Positions 35,939-46,041 of a stretch of 64,000 nucleotides of DNA are shown one piece after another; the stretch's first letter is position 1, and every line of letters starts with the position of its first letter. Source of the stretch: Clostridia bacterium (GTDB taxonomy: Bacteria > Bacillota > Clostridia > Christensenellales > UBA1242); assembly GCA_045594425.1 (NCBI GenBank), contig JAZNYK010000007.1, forward strand, positions 151,765 to 215,764. Reading direction: 5' to 3'. The notes under the pieces were generated by a model, which saw nothing but the letters and a program-made list of their open reading frames with translations, was not told where the DNA came from and did no database searches. The position numbers were made by a program, and so were the translations under genes.

Positions 35939-38548
35939 CTATGAAATTGCATCCAATTTTGTTTTTAATGAAGCAAGTAACTCTTCATTTTTTGCAAGTT
36001 TTTCTTTTTCAGATGCAACAAGTGCTTCTGGTGCTTTTGCAACAAAGTTTGGATTGTTTAACATCTTGTTGCTTCTTTCAATTTCAAAACTTACCTTTTC
36101 GATATCCTTAACAAGGATTGCTTTTTGTGTTTCAACGTCAACAACTTCTTCAACCAAAACAAATTCACCAACACCAGTAACCAATGTTTTGCCTTCAACA
36201 GTTTCAAATTTCAAATTGATATTTGCCATTTTTTCAATAACTGCCTTATGGGTTTTTGCAAACACAGTTTCTTTTGTGGCAAAGTCAACTTTATCAGAAG
36301 ACTTCTTTCCTGCATCAAGTTTAAACTTTCTGATTGCAACAATCAAATTAACAAGTTCTTCAGTTTCTGATGCATCCTTTTCATACTTTTTGAATTTTGA
36401 AGTGTCATCAATTTGTGAAATCATGATATCTTCATCTTTTGAAACAAAGTCCATTCTTTCATAGATATAACTTGTAACATATGGAATAAATGGATGTAGC
36501 AACTTAAGCACTCCACTAAATGCATAAGCCAAAACGCTAACCATTTTTTGTTTGCTTTCACCACCTTCAAAAATTGCAGGTTTAGAAAGTTCAATAGCCC
36601 AGTCGCAGAACACATCAAGTGTAAACGAAACAATATTTGTAAGCGCAACACCAACATCAAACTTGTCAAGATTTTTTGTTACAGCATTTGTGATTTCATT
36701 AAGTTTAAACAAAATCCATTTTTGCACGCCGTCAAGTTCAATTTTGTTAATATCAAGCATTTCAATGCCTTCTTGGTGCATTGAAATAAATTTGCTAGCG
36801 TTCCAAACCTTGTTAATAAAAGTTCTTGCGTCATCAACCTTGTTTTGGCTGAATCTTGTATCCATGCCCATAGACATATCTTTAACAAGCGCAACACGAA
36901 GAGTGTCAGCACCATATTCTTTAACAATATCTAGAGGGTCAATACCATTTCCAAGGCTCTTGCTCATTTTTCTGCCTTGAGCGTCACGAACCAAACCATG
37001 AATCAAACAGTTTGTAAATGGAACATTTCCATTAGATTCAATGCCCATATAAACCATTTTTGTAACCCATTGAGTCAAAATATCAAATCCAGTAACAAGA
37101 ACTGTTGTTGGATAGAAATAGTCAATATCTGGGTTCTTTTCTGGCCAACCAAGAGTTGTTACTGGCCAAAGCGCTGATGAGAACCAAGTGTCTAATACAT
37201 CTGGGTCTTGCCAAACTTTGTGTGAGCCACATTTGTCACAAACTTCAACTTTTGTTTTTGAAGCCATAACATTTTTACATTCATCACAATAATAAATTGG
37301 AATTCTGTGACCTGTCCAAATTTGACGAGAGATGCACCAATCACGAATATTTCTAAGCCAATGGAAATAGTTCTTTTCAAATCTCTTTGGATGAATCTTT
37401 AAAGTTCCGTCTTCCACACATTTGATTGCTGGTTTAACAAGTTCTGTCATAGCAACAAACCATTGTTCTGTAATCATAGGTTCGATTGCTGTGTGACATC
37501 TTTCACAATGTCCAACAGAGTGTGTGTATGGTTCAACTTTTTCTAAATCACCATTCTTTTTAAGTTCTTCAACCAACTTTGCTCTAGCATCCAAAATGCT
37601 CAAACCTTTGAAATTATCACCTGTTAAATCTGTCATAACGCCATCTTTTGAGATAACTTCAAGAATGTCAAGATTGTGTCTTTTTCCCACTTGATAGTCA
37701 TTAGGGTCATGTGCTGGAGTGATTTTAACCATACCAGTTCCGAACTCTTTTTCAACATAACTATCTGCAATAATTGGAATTTCTCTGTTAGCCACAGGAA
37801 TGATTACCTTTTTGCCAACAATGTTTGTATATCTTTCATCTTCTGGATTAACAGCAACTGCTGTATCACCAAATAATGTTTCTGGTCTTGTTGTTGCAAC
37901 AGTAATATGTCCGCTGCCATCAGCAAACTTATACTTAATGTGCCACATTGAACCTGCATCATCTGAATAAACAACTTCATCATCAGAGATAACCGATTTG
38001 CAATGAACACACCAGTTTGTTTCTCTGCTTCCACGATAAATATAACCTTTTTTATAAAGACGAATAAACGCTTCTAAAACTGCGTTTGTGCTCTTTTCGT
38101 CCATAGTAAAACGATATCTATCCCAATCAGCAGAAAAGCCCATTTTTTTGAACTGATTAATAATTGCGTTTCCGTATTGGTCATACCAAGCCCACGCCTC
38201 TTTATCAAACTCTTCTCTGCCAATTGATTCTTTTGTTTTGCCTTCACTAGCAAGTTTTTCAACAATTTTATGTTCCGTTGCAAGAGCAGCATGGTCTGTT
38301 CCTGGAAGCCAAAGGGCTTCAAAACCTTTCATTCTTTTGTATCTAATCAAAATATCTTGCAATGTCATATCAAGACCATGTCCGATATGAGCCTTGCTTG
38401 TAACGTTTGGTGGAGGCATAACAATTGTAAATGGTTTTTTGTCTTTATTTACTTTTGCTTTAAAATAGCCTTTTTCTTCCCAAATCTTATATATTTTTTC
38501 TTCAAAACTCTGAGGTGCAAATGCTCCCTCGTTTTTCATCATAGTCAT
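35939..38548 (-). CDS. valS: valine--tRNA ligase
   Basis: 869 aa. Class I motifs (PPPNVTSKAHIGH = HIGH, KMSKSLGN = KMSKS) and a C-terminal coiled coil. SD AGGAGA. No T-box in the 73-nt upstream gap. Confidence 0.95.
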   Translation of the reverse strand: MTMMKNEGAFAPQSFEEKIYKIWEEKGYFKAKVNKDKKPFTIVMPPPNVTSKAHIGHGLDMTLQDILIRYKRMKGFEALWLPGTDHAALATEHKIVEKLASEGKTKESIGREEFDKEAWAWYDQYGNAIINQFKKMGFSADWDRYRFTMDEKSTNAVLEAFIRLYKKGYIYRGSRETNWCVHCKSVISDDEVVYSDDAGSMWHIKYKFADGSGHITVATTRPETLFGDTAVAVNPEDERYTNIVGKKVIIPVANREIPIIADSYVEKEFGTGMVKITPAHDPNDYQVGKRHNLDILEVISKDGVMTDLTGDNFKGLSILDARAKLVEELKKNGDLEKVEPYTHSVGHCERCHTAIEPMITEQWFVAMTELVKPAIKCVEDGTLKIHPKRFEKNYFHWLRNIRDWCISRQIWTGHRIPIYYCDECKNVMASKTKVEVCDKCGSHKVWQDPDVLDTWFSSALWPVTTLGWPEKNPDIDYFYPTTVLVTGFDILTQWVTKMVYMGIESNGNVPFTNCLIHGLVRDAQGRKMSKSLGNGIDPLDIVKEYGADTLRVALVKDMSMGMDTRFSQNKVDDARTFINKVWNASKFISMHQEGIEMLDINKIELDGVQKWILFKLNEITNAVTKNLDKFDVGVALTNIVSFTLDVFCDWAIELSKPAIFEGGESKQKMVSVLAYAFSGVLKLLHPFIPYVTSYIYERMDFVSKDEDIMISQIDDTSKFKKYEKDASETEELVNLIVAIRKFKLDAGKKSSDKVDFATKETVFAKTHKAVIEKMANINLKFETVEGKTLVTGVGEFVLVEEVVDVETQKAILVKDIEKVSFEIERSNKMLNNPNFVAKAPEALVASEKEKLAKNEELLASLKTKLDAIS

Positions 38549-38621
38549 TGTTTTCTCCTATAGCCAAGAATCCCCTGTATAATACACCGAGAAAATCACT
38601 TTTTCAAGTCCTAGCCTGTTT

Positions 38622-39629
38622 TTATTTATTTTTTCTTTGATATTCATAACTAGACTTGCACATTTCTTCAAGTCCACGTTCTGCCTTGAAGCCAAGTTCT
38701 TCTTCTGCTTTTTTTGGTGAAGCATAACACTCATCAATATCACCTGGTCTTCTTGCAGCAATTTCATACTTAACAAGGTCACCATTGACTCGGTTGAATG
38801 TGTTAACTATATCAAGCACTGAATAGCCCACACCTGTTCCAAGGTTGTAAATTCCAAGACCTGGATTGCCATCTTTTATAATTTTTTCAAGTGCCTTAAC
38901 GTGTCCAATAGCAAGGTCTACAACGTGAATATAGTCACGAACACCTGTGCCATCTTTGGTTTTATAGTCATTGCCAAAAACGTTTAAGTGGTCAAGTTCA
39001 CCAACTGCAACCTTGCAAATATATGGCATCAAGTTGTTTGGAATTCCGTTTGGGTCTTCTCCCAAAAGCCCGCTTTCATGTGCACCAATTGGATTGAAAT
39101 AACGAAGCAATGTGATATTAAATTCTGGATTAGCCTTTTGATAGTCAATCAAGAAATGTTCATTAAATAATTTTGTTCTGCCATAAGGATTGCTTGCAGA
39201 TAGCGGGAATGTTTCATCAAGTGGCATAATTTCAGAAACAGCATAAACTGTTGCAGAAGAACTGAAGATGATGTTTTTGCAACCATACTTATTCATAACT
39301 TCAATCAAATTAAAGGTTGAAATCATGTTGTTTTGATAATACTTAAGTGGTTCTTTGCAAGATTCACCAACTGCTTTATATCCTGCAAAATGAATAACAG
39401 CATAAATATCGTTATTTTCTTCAAAAACTTTATCAAGAGCATCTTTGTCACAAACATCAACTTGATAAAACTTAATATCCTTTCCTGTAATTGCTTTAAT
39501 CTTGTCTAAAACACCTATTTTTGAATTGCTTAAATTATCCACGATAACAACATCGTGTCCTGCATTCAAAACTTCTACGGCTGTGTGTGAACCAATATAG
39601 CCAAGTCCACCTGTAAATAAAATCTTCAT
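38622..39629 (-). CDS. galE: UDP-glucose 4-epimerase
   Basis: 335 aa. GGLGYIGSH Rossmann motif, catalytic YGRTK, typical GalE length. SD AAGGAG. Confidence 0.9.
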   Translation of the reverse strand: MKILFTGGLGYIGSHTAVEVLNAGHDVVIVDNLSNSKIGVLDKIKAITGKDIKFYQVDVCDKDALDKVFEENNDIYAVIHFAGYKAVGESCKEPLKYYQNNMISTFNLIEVMNKYGCKNIIFSSSATVYAVSEIMPLDETFPLSASNPYGRTKLFNEHFLIDYQKANPEFNITLLRYFNPIGAHESGLLGEDPNGIPNNLMPYICKVAVGELDHLNVFGNDYKTKDGTGVRDYIHVVDLAIGHVKALEKIIKDGNPGLGIYNLGTGVGYSVLDIVNTFNRVNGDLVKYEIAARRPGDIDECYASPKKAEEELGFKAERGLEEMCKSSYEYQRKNK

Positions 39630-39654
39630 ATTAATTTCTCCTTTATATTAATTT

Positions 39655-39843
39655 TTATTTAGTTACTACGCATATAAACAACAAAATCATCATAGCCAAA
39701 AATAAAATCATCCTTACTCTAACGATAAGTTTTATTCTTTGGGTATTATTTGGATATTTTTTTTCATTAAATATTTTTGGAATAATCATAACTGCAACCG
39801 CACACACGGCAAATATAATTAAGCATATTAATTTAAAAGTCAT
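39655..39843 (-). CDS. small hypothetical membrane protein
   Basis: 62 aa with two hydrophobic helices. Its ATG overlaps the upstream stop (TAATG at 39841-39845). SD GGAG. Confidence 0.6.
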   Translation of the reverse strand: MTFKLICLIIFAVCAVAVMIIPKIFNEKKYPNNTQRIKLIVRVRMILFLAMMILLFICVVTK

Positions 39844-40448
39844 TATTCAATATCTCCTTCGCTTTCACCTGCTGAATGTATTCTTTTTGCAAGCGTGTTT
39901 TCATGAGTTTCTTCTTTTGATTTTACAACGGTTGTATCACGATTTAAAACAAGCCTTAACACAAAAATAATAAGTTCAAACACAAATGCCACAATTGCAA
40001 AATATAAATCAGAAACATTAAACAAATATGTCAAAATGCAAATCATTGAACAGAGTTTTAAAACATCAACAACAAAATTTTGATTTGGTGATATGTTTTT
40101 ATTTTTAATTAAAAACATATCAATAACCATCATTAAAACTTCAATCACAATAAGCAATATCAGGAACATATTAAGCACAAATGTGTGTTTTGTGTATTCA
40201 TAATAAATTATTGCAATCACAGCAATAAGATTCACAAGGTCAAACAAAAAGAATGTTAATCTATAGTTTGTTAAAAGTGAACCATACTTTTTATCCAAAA
40301 CAACAAAAACAGCCGAAATTATGAGTGCAACAAAATAAACCCCACCCACAATTTTCACGCTGAAAAACATACCAATCAAAATTATTAGCGAAACCGCTAA
40401 TTGCATACAAATAAAAAATTTAGGAAATTTCGAATTAGATTCAAACAT
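39843..40448 (-). CDS. hypothetical polytopic membrane protein
   Basis: 201 aa with about 5-6 hydrophobic helices and an acidic C-terminal tail. SD GGAG. Confidence 0.65.
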   Translation of the reverse strand: MFESNSKFPKFFICMQLAVSLIILIGMFFSVKIVGGVYFVALIISAVFVVLDKKYGSLLTNYRLTFFLFDLVNLIAVIAIIYYEYTKHTFVLNMFLILLIVIEVLMMVIDMFLIKNKNISPNQNFVVDVLKLCSMICILTYLFNVSDLYFAIVAFVFELIIFVLRLVLNRDTTVVKSKEETHENTLAKRIHSAGESEGDIE

Positions 40449-40597
40449 AATTACTCCAATACGAACTCATTATATCAAATAAACAAAAAAAAGTAAAAGG
40501 CTTTTACGCAAATAACTCAATCACAAAAACAAAAATTCCACATAAAATACGTTATAAGGGAACATTTTTGTTTCCTTATATCAAAAAAGGAGGAATA

Positions 40598-41593
40598 ATG
40601 AAGAAAATATTAACTTTCGTTTGCGCTTGTCTTTTGTGTTTGACATCTTGTATATGCTTTGTTGGTTGCAAAGATAAGTCCGAACCTGGAGTGATTCGAC
40701 TTAACGAAGTTACACATAGTGTGTTCTATGCCCCACTCTATCTTGCTATTAATCTCGGATATATGGAAGAACAAGGCATTACTATTGAACTGACTAATGG
40801 TGGCGGAAGTGATGCCAGCATGACCGCTTTGCTTTCGGGGAATGCCGATATGGCTCTTATGGGTCCTGAAACTGTTGTTTATGTTGAAGCCGCAGGAAGC
40901 ACAAATCACCCAGTGGTTTTTGGTCAACTTACAAAAAAAGATGGTTGCTTTTTGATTTCAAAAACACCGATTGACAACTTTGACTTTGCGACTCATTTAC
41001 TTGGAAAAACCGCCATTATAGGTCGTCAAGGTGGCATGCCAGCAATGACTTTTGAATGGATTTGCAACAACTCTGGTGTGTATAACGGAACAAATGTAAC
41101 CCTTGATAAAAGCACCGCCTTCAACATGATGGCATCCGTATATGATTCAACAGATGTTGAATTCTGCACAATGTTTGAACCAACCGCATCTGAATATGTT
41201 GCTGCAGGCAAAGGATATTACGTTGCCTCTGTTGGTGAGTATTCTGGTGAAATTCCATACACCTGTTTTATGGCTTATCCATCATATATTCAAAACAATC
41301 GTGAACAAGTTGTAGGCTTTTTAACTGCAATCAAAAAAGCATATCTATACTTAACAACACAACCATCAAGTGAAGTTGCAAAAGCATTAAAGCCATCATT
41401 TGATGGAACAAGTGAAGCAAGTTTGGCGGCTGCGGTTGAAAAATATATTGAAATTGACGCATGGTCAAGTTCACCAGCAATGTCAAAAGATTCATACACA
41501 AGACTTTTGTCTGTTTTGAAAAATGCAGGAACACTTTCAACAGATGTTGAATTTTCAAAGGTTGTAGACAATTCAATTGCAAATGAAATCTAG
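40598..41593 (+). CDS. ABC transporter substrate-binding lipoprotein (NMT1/ThiY, NitT/TauT family)
   Basis: Start at ATG 40598 after GGAGGA. Lipobox-like CFVGC. VFYAPLYLAINLGYMEEQGI is typical of NMT1/SsuA-like binding proteins. Confidence 0.8.
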   Translation: MKKILTFVCACLLCLTSCICFVGCKDKSEPGVIRLNEVTHSVFYAPLYLAINLGYMEEQGITIELTNGGGSDASMTALLSGNADMALMGPETVVYVEAAGSTNHPVVFGQLTKKDGCFLISKTPIDNFDFATHLLGKTAIIGRQGGMPAMTFEWICNNSGVYNGTNVTLDKSTAFNMMASVYDSTDVEFCTMFEPTASEYVAAGKGYYVASVGEYSGEIPYTCFMAYPSYIQNNREQVVGFLTAIKKAYLYLTTQPSSEVAKALKPSFDGTSEASLAAAVEKYIEIDAWSSSPAMSKDSYTRLLSVLKNAGTLSTDVEFSKVVDNSIANEI

Positions 41594-41631
41594 GTTTTGC
41601 TTTTGCCCTATTCTCCGAAGGAGGAATTCTT

Positions 41632-42387
41632 TTGAGCGTTTTACTTGAACTAAATAACATAAACTTAACGTATCAGACATTAGAATCAGAAACTCAAGCA
41701 ATTTTAGACACATCGTTCAAAATTAATCAAGGTGAATTTGTTAGTATTGTTGGTCCAAGCGGATGCGGAAAAACAACCATCCTTTCAATGATTTCGGGAC
41801 TTTTAAAACCTAGCAGTGGCGAAATTATTTTAGACGGCGAGCAAGTTAACAAAGTTTCGACAAATGTTGGATATATGCTTCAGCGTGACAACCTTTTTGA
41901 ATGGTTAACAGTTCATCAAAACATAATGCTGGGTCCAAAAATCAACCATAAAAAAGATTGTCTTTCCAAAGACAAACTTGCAATGCTTATTTCAAAATAT
42001 GGACTTGCCGGTTTCGAAAAATCAAGACCAAATGAACTCTCTGGAGGTATGCGACAAAGGGTGTCACTTATTCGAACTCTTGCACTAAACCCCAAATTAT
42101 TGCTTTTAGACGAACCCTTTTCCGCTCTTGATTATCAAACCAGACTGTCTGTTCAAAACGATATATATTCAATCATAAAGTCAGAAAACAAAACTGCTAT
42201 ACTTGTTACCCATGACATTTCAGAAGCCATCACAATGAGTGATAAAATTATAGTTTTAACAAAACGACCAGGAACAATCAAAAAAATTATAACACTTGAA
42301 TTTGACAAATCATTAACACCACTTGAAAAACGTGAAACATCCCTTTTTAACCAATACTTTAAATCTCTATGGGAAGAACTGCAATGA
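41632..42387 (+). CDS. ABC transporter ATP-binding protein (NitT/TauT family)
   Basis: TTG start after GGAGGA. Walker A GPSGCGKTT, signature LSGGMRQR, Walker B LLLDEPFSALD. Confidence 0.9.
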   Translation: MSVLLELNNINLTYQTLESETQAILDTSFKINQGEFVSIVGPSGCGKTTILSMISGLLKPSSGEIILDGEQVNKVSTNVGYMLQRDNLFEWLTVHQNIMLGPKINHKKDCLSKDKLAMLISKYGLAGFEKSRPNELSGGMRQRVSLIRTLALNPKLLLLDEPFSALDYQTRLSVQNDIYSIIKSENKTAILVTHDISEAITMSDKIIVLTKRPGTIKKIITLEFDKSLTPLEKRETSLFNQYFKSLWEELQ

Positions 42388-43208
42388 AAAGAATTGTCAT
42401 AAAAAAATTAAAAAATCAAGGGTCTATTGAACACAAGAAGTTCATTAGAAAAGAAAAAACCAAAACTTTTTTTGTTCACTTTTTTCAAGTATTAATTTTA
42501 TTTGCACTTGTTGGTTTATGGGAACTGGTTGCCTATAAAAATTGGGTTGACCCATTTATAATATCCTCACCATCTAGAGTTGTTAAACAAATCATTGACT
42601 TATATGAAAACAACACATTGTTTACACACATTTTAACAACATTAAATGAAACTGTGCTGGCGTTTATTTTAAGCACAATTATTGGTTTTGCAATTGCTGT
42701 GCTGTTTTATTTGATAACACCATTAAGACGAGTGTTTGAACCGTATCTTGTGGTTTTGAACAGTTTGCCAAAAATTGCTTTGGGCCCATTAATCATTATT
42801 TGGGTTGGAATTGGAACAAAAGCAATTGTAACTATGGGAATTTTGATTTGTGTAGTAATCACAACAATCAACCTACTCAATGGATATTTAGGAGTATCAG
42901 ATGAAAAAATAATGCTGCTAAAATCTATGGGTGCTAACAAATTTCAAATCATGACCAAACTTGTTTTCCCTGCGACACTTCCAAATTTTGTTGCGACTTT
43001 AAAAATTAATTTAGGTATGGCTTGGGTTGGCGTTATCATGGGAGAATATCTTTCAAGTAAGGCTGGTTTAGGATATCTTTTAGTGTATGGCGGACAGGTT
43101 TTTAAACTTGACCTTGTTATGGCTGCAATCGTTATACTCTGTATTTTATCGGGTGTTATGTATGGCATAATATCTATTTTTGAACGAATAATCATAAAAA
43201 AAAGATGA
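42384..43208 (+). CDS. ABC transporter permease (NitT/TauT family)
   Basis: ATG 42384 overlaps the upstream TGA (ATGA). Six hydrophobic segments and an EAA-like loop (SMGANKFQIMTKLVFPATLP). Confidence 0.85.
   Translation: MKRIVIKKLKNQGSIEHKKFIRKEKTKTFFVHFFQVLILFALVGLWELVAYKNWVDPFIISSPSRVVKQIIDLYENNTLFTHILTTLNETVLAFILSTIIGFAIAVLFYLITPLRRVFEPYLVVLNSLPKIALGPLIIIWVGIGTKAIVTMGILICVVITTINLLNGYLGVSDEKIMLLKSMGANKFQIMTKLVFPATLPNFVATLKINLGMAWVGVIMGEYLSSKAGLGYLLVYGGQVFKLDLVMAAIVILCILSGVMYGIISIFERIIIKKR
43151..43173 (+). repeat. partial in-CDS copy of the hairpin word
   Basis: GGTGTTATG-TATGG-CATAATATC inside the permease gene, 35 nt before its stop. The left arm is exact and the right arm matches 7 of 9. 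Confidence 0.4.
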
Positions 43209-43226
43209 CAAGTTATTGTCATCTTT
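43201..43226. terminator. bidirectional intrinsic terminator between convergent genes
   Basis: AAGATGACA (43202-43210), loop AGTTAT, TGTCATCTT (43217-43225), flanked by A and T runs. Confidence 0.8.
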
Positions 43227-43232
43227 TTACTT

Positions 43233-44063
43233 TTATTTCTCTTCTATTTTTTCTGTTTCTGCAGTTACTTTTTCAGATTCATTCGACTCATCACTTTCAC
43301 CTGCTGTGTCATCAATTTGGCTAATAACTTCTTTTTCAGATTTTTCTTCTGATGAAGTTTCTTCAACAACAGTGCTTTCAACAATTTCTTCAGCAGGTTC
43401 ATTTGATGCACCTGCAAGCGCTTTCTTTTTATTAATTTTCTTTTCGATTAATGTTTTGATAACTTCGTATAATACAAACACAACAACCAATGCTAAAAAC
43501 GCAAGAAGAACAATCATTGTGTCATCTGCAAAAAAGTAAGAAACCAATGTCATAATTAATCCAGCACAAAGATTTCCAGGAATAACCGCCGCCATTGTTT
43601 GAAGTTTTGTTAAACCTAAAAACAATCCAAGGCAAGTGCCTGTCCAAACACCAGTTAATGGCAATGGAATTGCAACAAACAACACAACACCCCAAAACTT
43701 AAGCCAGAATATCTTTTTTGCGCTTTTTTCTGCTTTTGCTTTATCTTGAATGTTTTGTGAGTTTTTGTTAAGTTTTCTTTCAATAAAATCAGCAAGTTTT
43801 TTAAACCATTTAGTTTTTTTAAGCCAATTAAAGATTGGCCAGAATAAAAAGGTTAAAATAACACATACCAAAGTGCTTCCAAGAACCGAAACACCAAATG
43901 ATGCCCATAAACTTAATGCATTTTCACCCCAAAACGCAGTTGCACTTCCAAAAGGTATTGCCCCACGAAGTTCAACAATAGGTATCATCGAAATTAAAAG
44001 TGTCGCAATTTCACTATGCGAACCAAATATAGTTACAAATAACTCTTTAATCCATTCAGACAT
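43233..44063 (-). CDS. small multidrug export-like membrane protein (COG2426 type) with an acidic C-terminal tail
   Basis: LISMIPIVELRGAIPFG is the family signature. 276 aa. The last ~60 aa are E/S-rich. SD AAGGAA. Confidence 0.7.
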   Translation of the reverse strand: MSEWIKELFVTIFGSHSEIATLLISMIPIVELRGAIPFGSATAFWGENALSLWASFGVSVLGSTLVCVILTFLFWPIFNWLKKTKWFKKLADFIERKLNKNSQNIQDKAKAEKSAKKIFWLKFWGVVLFVAIPLPLTGVWTGTCLGLFLGLTKLQTMAAVIPGNLCAGLIMTLVSYFFADDTMIVLLAFLALVVVFVLYEVIKTLIEKKINKKKALAGASNEPAEEIVESTVVEETSSEEKSEKEVISQIDDTAGESDESNESEKVTAETEKIEEK

Positions 44064-44076
44064 AATATCATTCCTT

Positions 44077-44808
44077 TTAACTCAAAAATTCAAGGACTTG
44101 GCCATCTTGAAGATAGTTTAATCCATTTTTCTCTGCAAATTCTTGTGCAGCATCAGATGTGTGCACAGGATAGATTTTTGTATCTTTATGCTCATTTACA
44201 AGTTCAACAAATTCATTTGTGCAAATATGAGCATGATGAGGTTGAACTGCAGCCATTTCAACAAAAGCAAATTTTGACTTGTTTAAAATGTTATGCAAAT
44301 TATCACACACTCTTGTATCTGCAGAAAAACCAATAGTCATGCCATTTGAATCAGTAAACGTAAAACCATAAGTTTCTGGCAAGCCATGTTCCATTTTATA
44401 TGCTGTAACAGTATATTCTCCTACTTTAAATGTCATACCATCTTCAAGGTAAACAAAGTCTACAAAACCTTCATATTTGCTAGGGTCACACTCATCTTTT
44501 CCGCTATAAAACATTTTGTTCATTTCAATCAATCTTTCAAGTGTTCCCTTTGGACAATAAACTTTTAATGCTTCTGTTCTGCCATGATTTTCACGAATAT
44601 GTCTTGTTGTAACAACATGCAAGTTTAAACAATGGTCGGAATGCAAGTGAGAAATTAAAACCGCCTTTGTTTTAAAAATATCAATCAATTTGATAATATC
44701 CTTATAAGAGCCTTCTGGCATATCAAAAATAATATCATCATCAATAACAAAACTTGTATTTTTTCTTTTGAACCAAGTGCAACTTGTTCCAACAACTGTA
44801 ACCTTCAT
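44077..44808 (-). CDS. MBL-fold metallo-hydrolase
   Basis: HLHSDH metal-binding motif. Start at ATG 44806-44808 (MKVTVVGT) after AAGGAAG. Confidence 0.8.
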   Translation of the reverse strand: MKVTVVGTSCTWFKRKNTSFVIDDDIIFDMPEGSYKDIIKLIDIFKTKAVLISHLHSDHCLNLHVVTTRHIRENHGRTEALKVYCPKGTLERLIEMNKMFYSGKDECDPSKYEGFVDFVYLEDGMTFKVGEYTVTAYKMEHGLPETYGFTFTDSNGMTIGFSADTRVCDNLHNILNKSKFAFVEMAAVQPHHAHICTNEFVELVNEHKDTKIYPVHTSDAAQEFAEKNGLNYLQDGQVLEFLS

Positions 44809-44909
44809 TATTTCACTTCCTTTACTAGACAATAGTATATCATATCAATTTGTATTAAACAAATAAAATTTACATTGATAAAAATAATTAATTTTTGTTG
44901 CGAAATATA

Positions 44910-44932
44910 TGTGCTATGTTTTGCATAACACC
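44910..44932 (-). repeat. GGTGTTATG-N5-CATAACACC hairpin copy (one arm diverged)
   Basis: Plus strand TGTGCTATG-TTTTG-CATAACACC. Lies downstream of the pfkA terminator and upstream of the MBL gene. Confidence 0.65.
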
Positions 44933-44976
44933 TTTCAAATTCAGCATCTACGTCAAAATTTTAAAAAATTTACACA

Positions 44977-45002
44977 TAAAAAAGAGTGCTGTTAGCACTC
45001 TC
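44977..45002 (-). terminator. intrinsic terminator after pfkA
   Basis: AGAGTGCT (44983-44990), loop GTT, AGCACTCT (44994-45001). Minus-strand T-run. Confidence 0.8.
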
Positions 45003-45010
45003 ATTTTTTA

Positions 45011-45967
45011 TTAGAAACTTAATCTTTGAGCCAAAACATAGAGGTCCATATTAAACTTTCTTGTTCCATGCAAAGCATCTTCAATTGAAACAAAAATAAT
45101 TTTTCCACTTCTATAACCAACTGCCCCACAAGCACCTTGCATAAGCATATCAACAGCCTTTGCACCACAACGTGTTGCAAGGTTTCTATCAAATGCTGAT
45201 GGGTCACCACCTCTTTGAACATGTCCTAAAATAACTGACCTGCATTCAATGCCACTTTTAACTTGAATCATTTTTGCAAGGTCGTTAGGGTCACACACGT
45301 GTTCAGACAAAACAATAATGCTACATTCTTTTTTGTGTTTCTTTGCTTCATTAAGTTTGTGACAAACATCATCAATGCTCCACTTTACTTCAGGAACCAA
45401 AATAACATCGGCACCTGCAGCAAGACCAGCATTTAATGCAACATCACCGCATCCTGCACCCATAACTTCAACAATAGTAACTCTATCATGAGATACAGAT
45501 GTGTCACGAACGTTGTTAACCAAATCAATAACAGTGTTTACTGCTGTATCAAAACCAAGAGTATAGTCTGTATAATACAAGTTATTATCGATTGTTCCCG
45601 GAACACAAGCAATGGCAATTCCATGTTTAGAAAGTTCTCTTGCACCTCTAAACGAACCATCGCCACCAATAACAACCAAACCTTCAATACCTCTCTTTTT
45701 TAGGTTTTCTGCGGCTTTTGCAACGCCTTCAGCAGTCATAAATTCTTTGCATCTAGCAGTTTTTAAAACAGTTCCACCAACTTGAATAATGTTACCAACG
45801 CTTCTTTCGGTCATAAGTTTAATTTCATCTTCAATTAAACCAGAATAACCACGCATAACACCATAAACTTTCAAACCTTGTGAAATTCCATATCTAACAA
45901 CTGAACGAATACAAGCATTCATGCCTGGGCAATCGCCACCACTAGTTAAAACAGCAATACTTTTCAT
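45011..45967 (-). CDS. pfkA: ATP-dependent 6-phosphofructokinase
   Basis: MKSIAVLTSGGDCPGMNA..., GGDGS, TIDND-like PGTIDNN, 318 aa. SD AAGGAG. Confidence 0.95.
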   Translation of the reverse strand: MKSIAVLTSGGDCPGMNACIRSVVRYGISQGLKVYGVMRGYSGLIEDEIKLMTERSVGNIIQVGGTVLKTARCKEFMTAEGVAKAAENLKKRGIEGLVVIGGDGSFRGARELSKHGIAIACVPGTIDNNLYYTDYTLGFDTAVNTVIDLVNNVRDTSVSHDRVTIVEVMGAGCGDVALNAGLAAGADVILVPEVKWSIDDVCHKLNEAKKHKKECSIIVLSEHVCDPNDLAKMIQVKSGIECRSVILGHVQRGGDPSAFDRNLATRCGAKAVDMLMQGACGAVGYRSGKIIFVSIEDALHGTRKFNMDLYVLAQRLSF

Positions 45968-46041
45968 AAATTATCTCCTTACAAAGTAATGATATTCTTT
46001 TAATTTTAAAAAATCAACCAAATTAAATTTAAAGCCTCAAA

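Noticed and set aside
38549-38621. Possible T-box or other leader upstream of valS
   Set aside because: Only 73 nt separate valS from galE. This gap contains a plausible promoter (TTGAAA-17-TATTAT) and an SD. It is too short for a T-box and has no GGTGG/T-box motif.
40493-40507. Hairpin GTAAAAGGCTTTTAC with an A/T run in the divergent region upstream of the ABC importer, and a shared 11-mer ATTTGCGTAAA with the 57932 region
   Set aside because: The stem is short and AT-rich, and the loop would be sterically too small. By rough estimate, an 11-mer match is expected by chance many times in 64 kb of AT-rich sequence.
43216-43539. 107-aa Ser-rich plus-strand ORF
   Set aside because: It is the complement of the Glu/Ser-rich acidic tail of the 43233-44063 gene, it begins inside the bidirectional terminator, and it has no RBS.
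44984-45000. Exact CIRCE half-site words (GAGTGCT and TTAGCACTC) in the pfkA terminator
   Set aside because: The two halves are in swapped order and separated by 1 nt rather than TTAGCACTC-N9-GAGTGCTAA. The sequence forms the pfkA terminator stem and is not upstream of a chaperone gene. Most likely chance.
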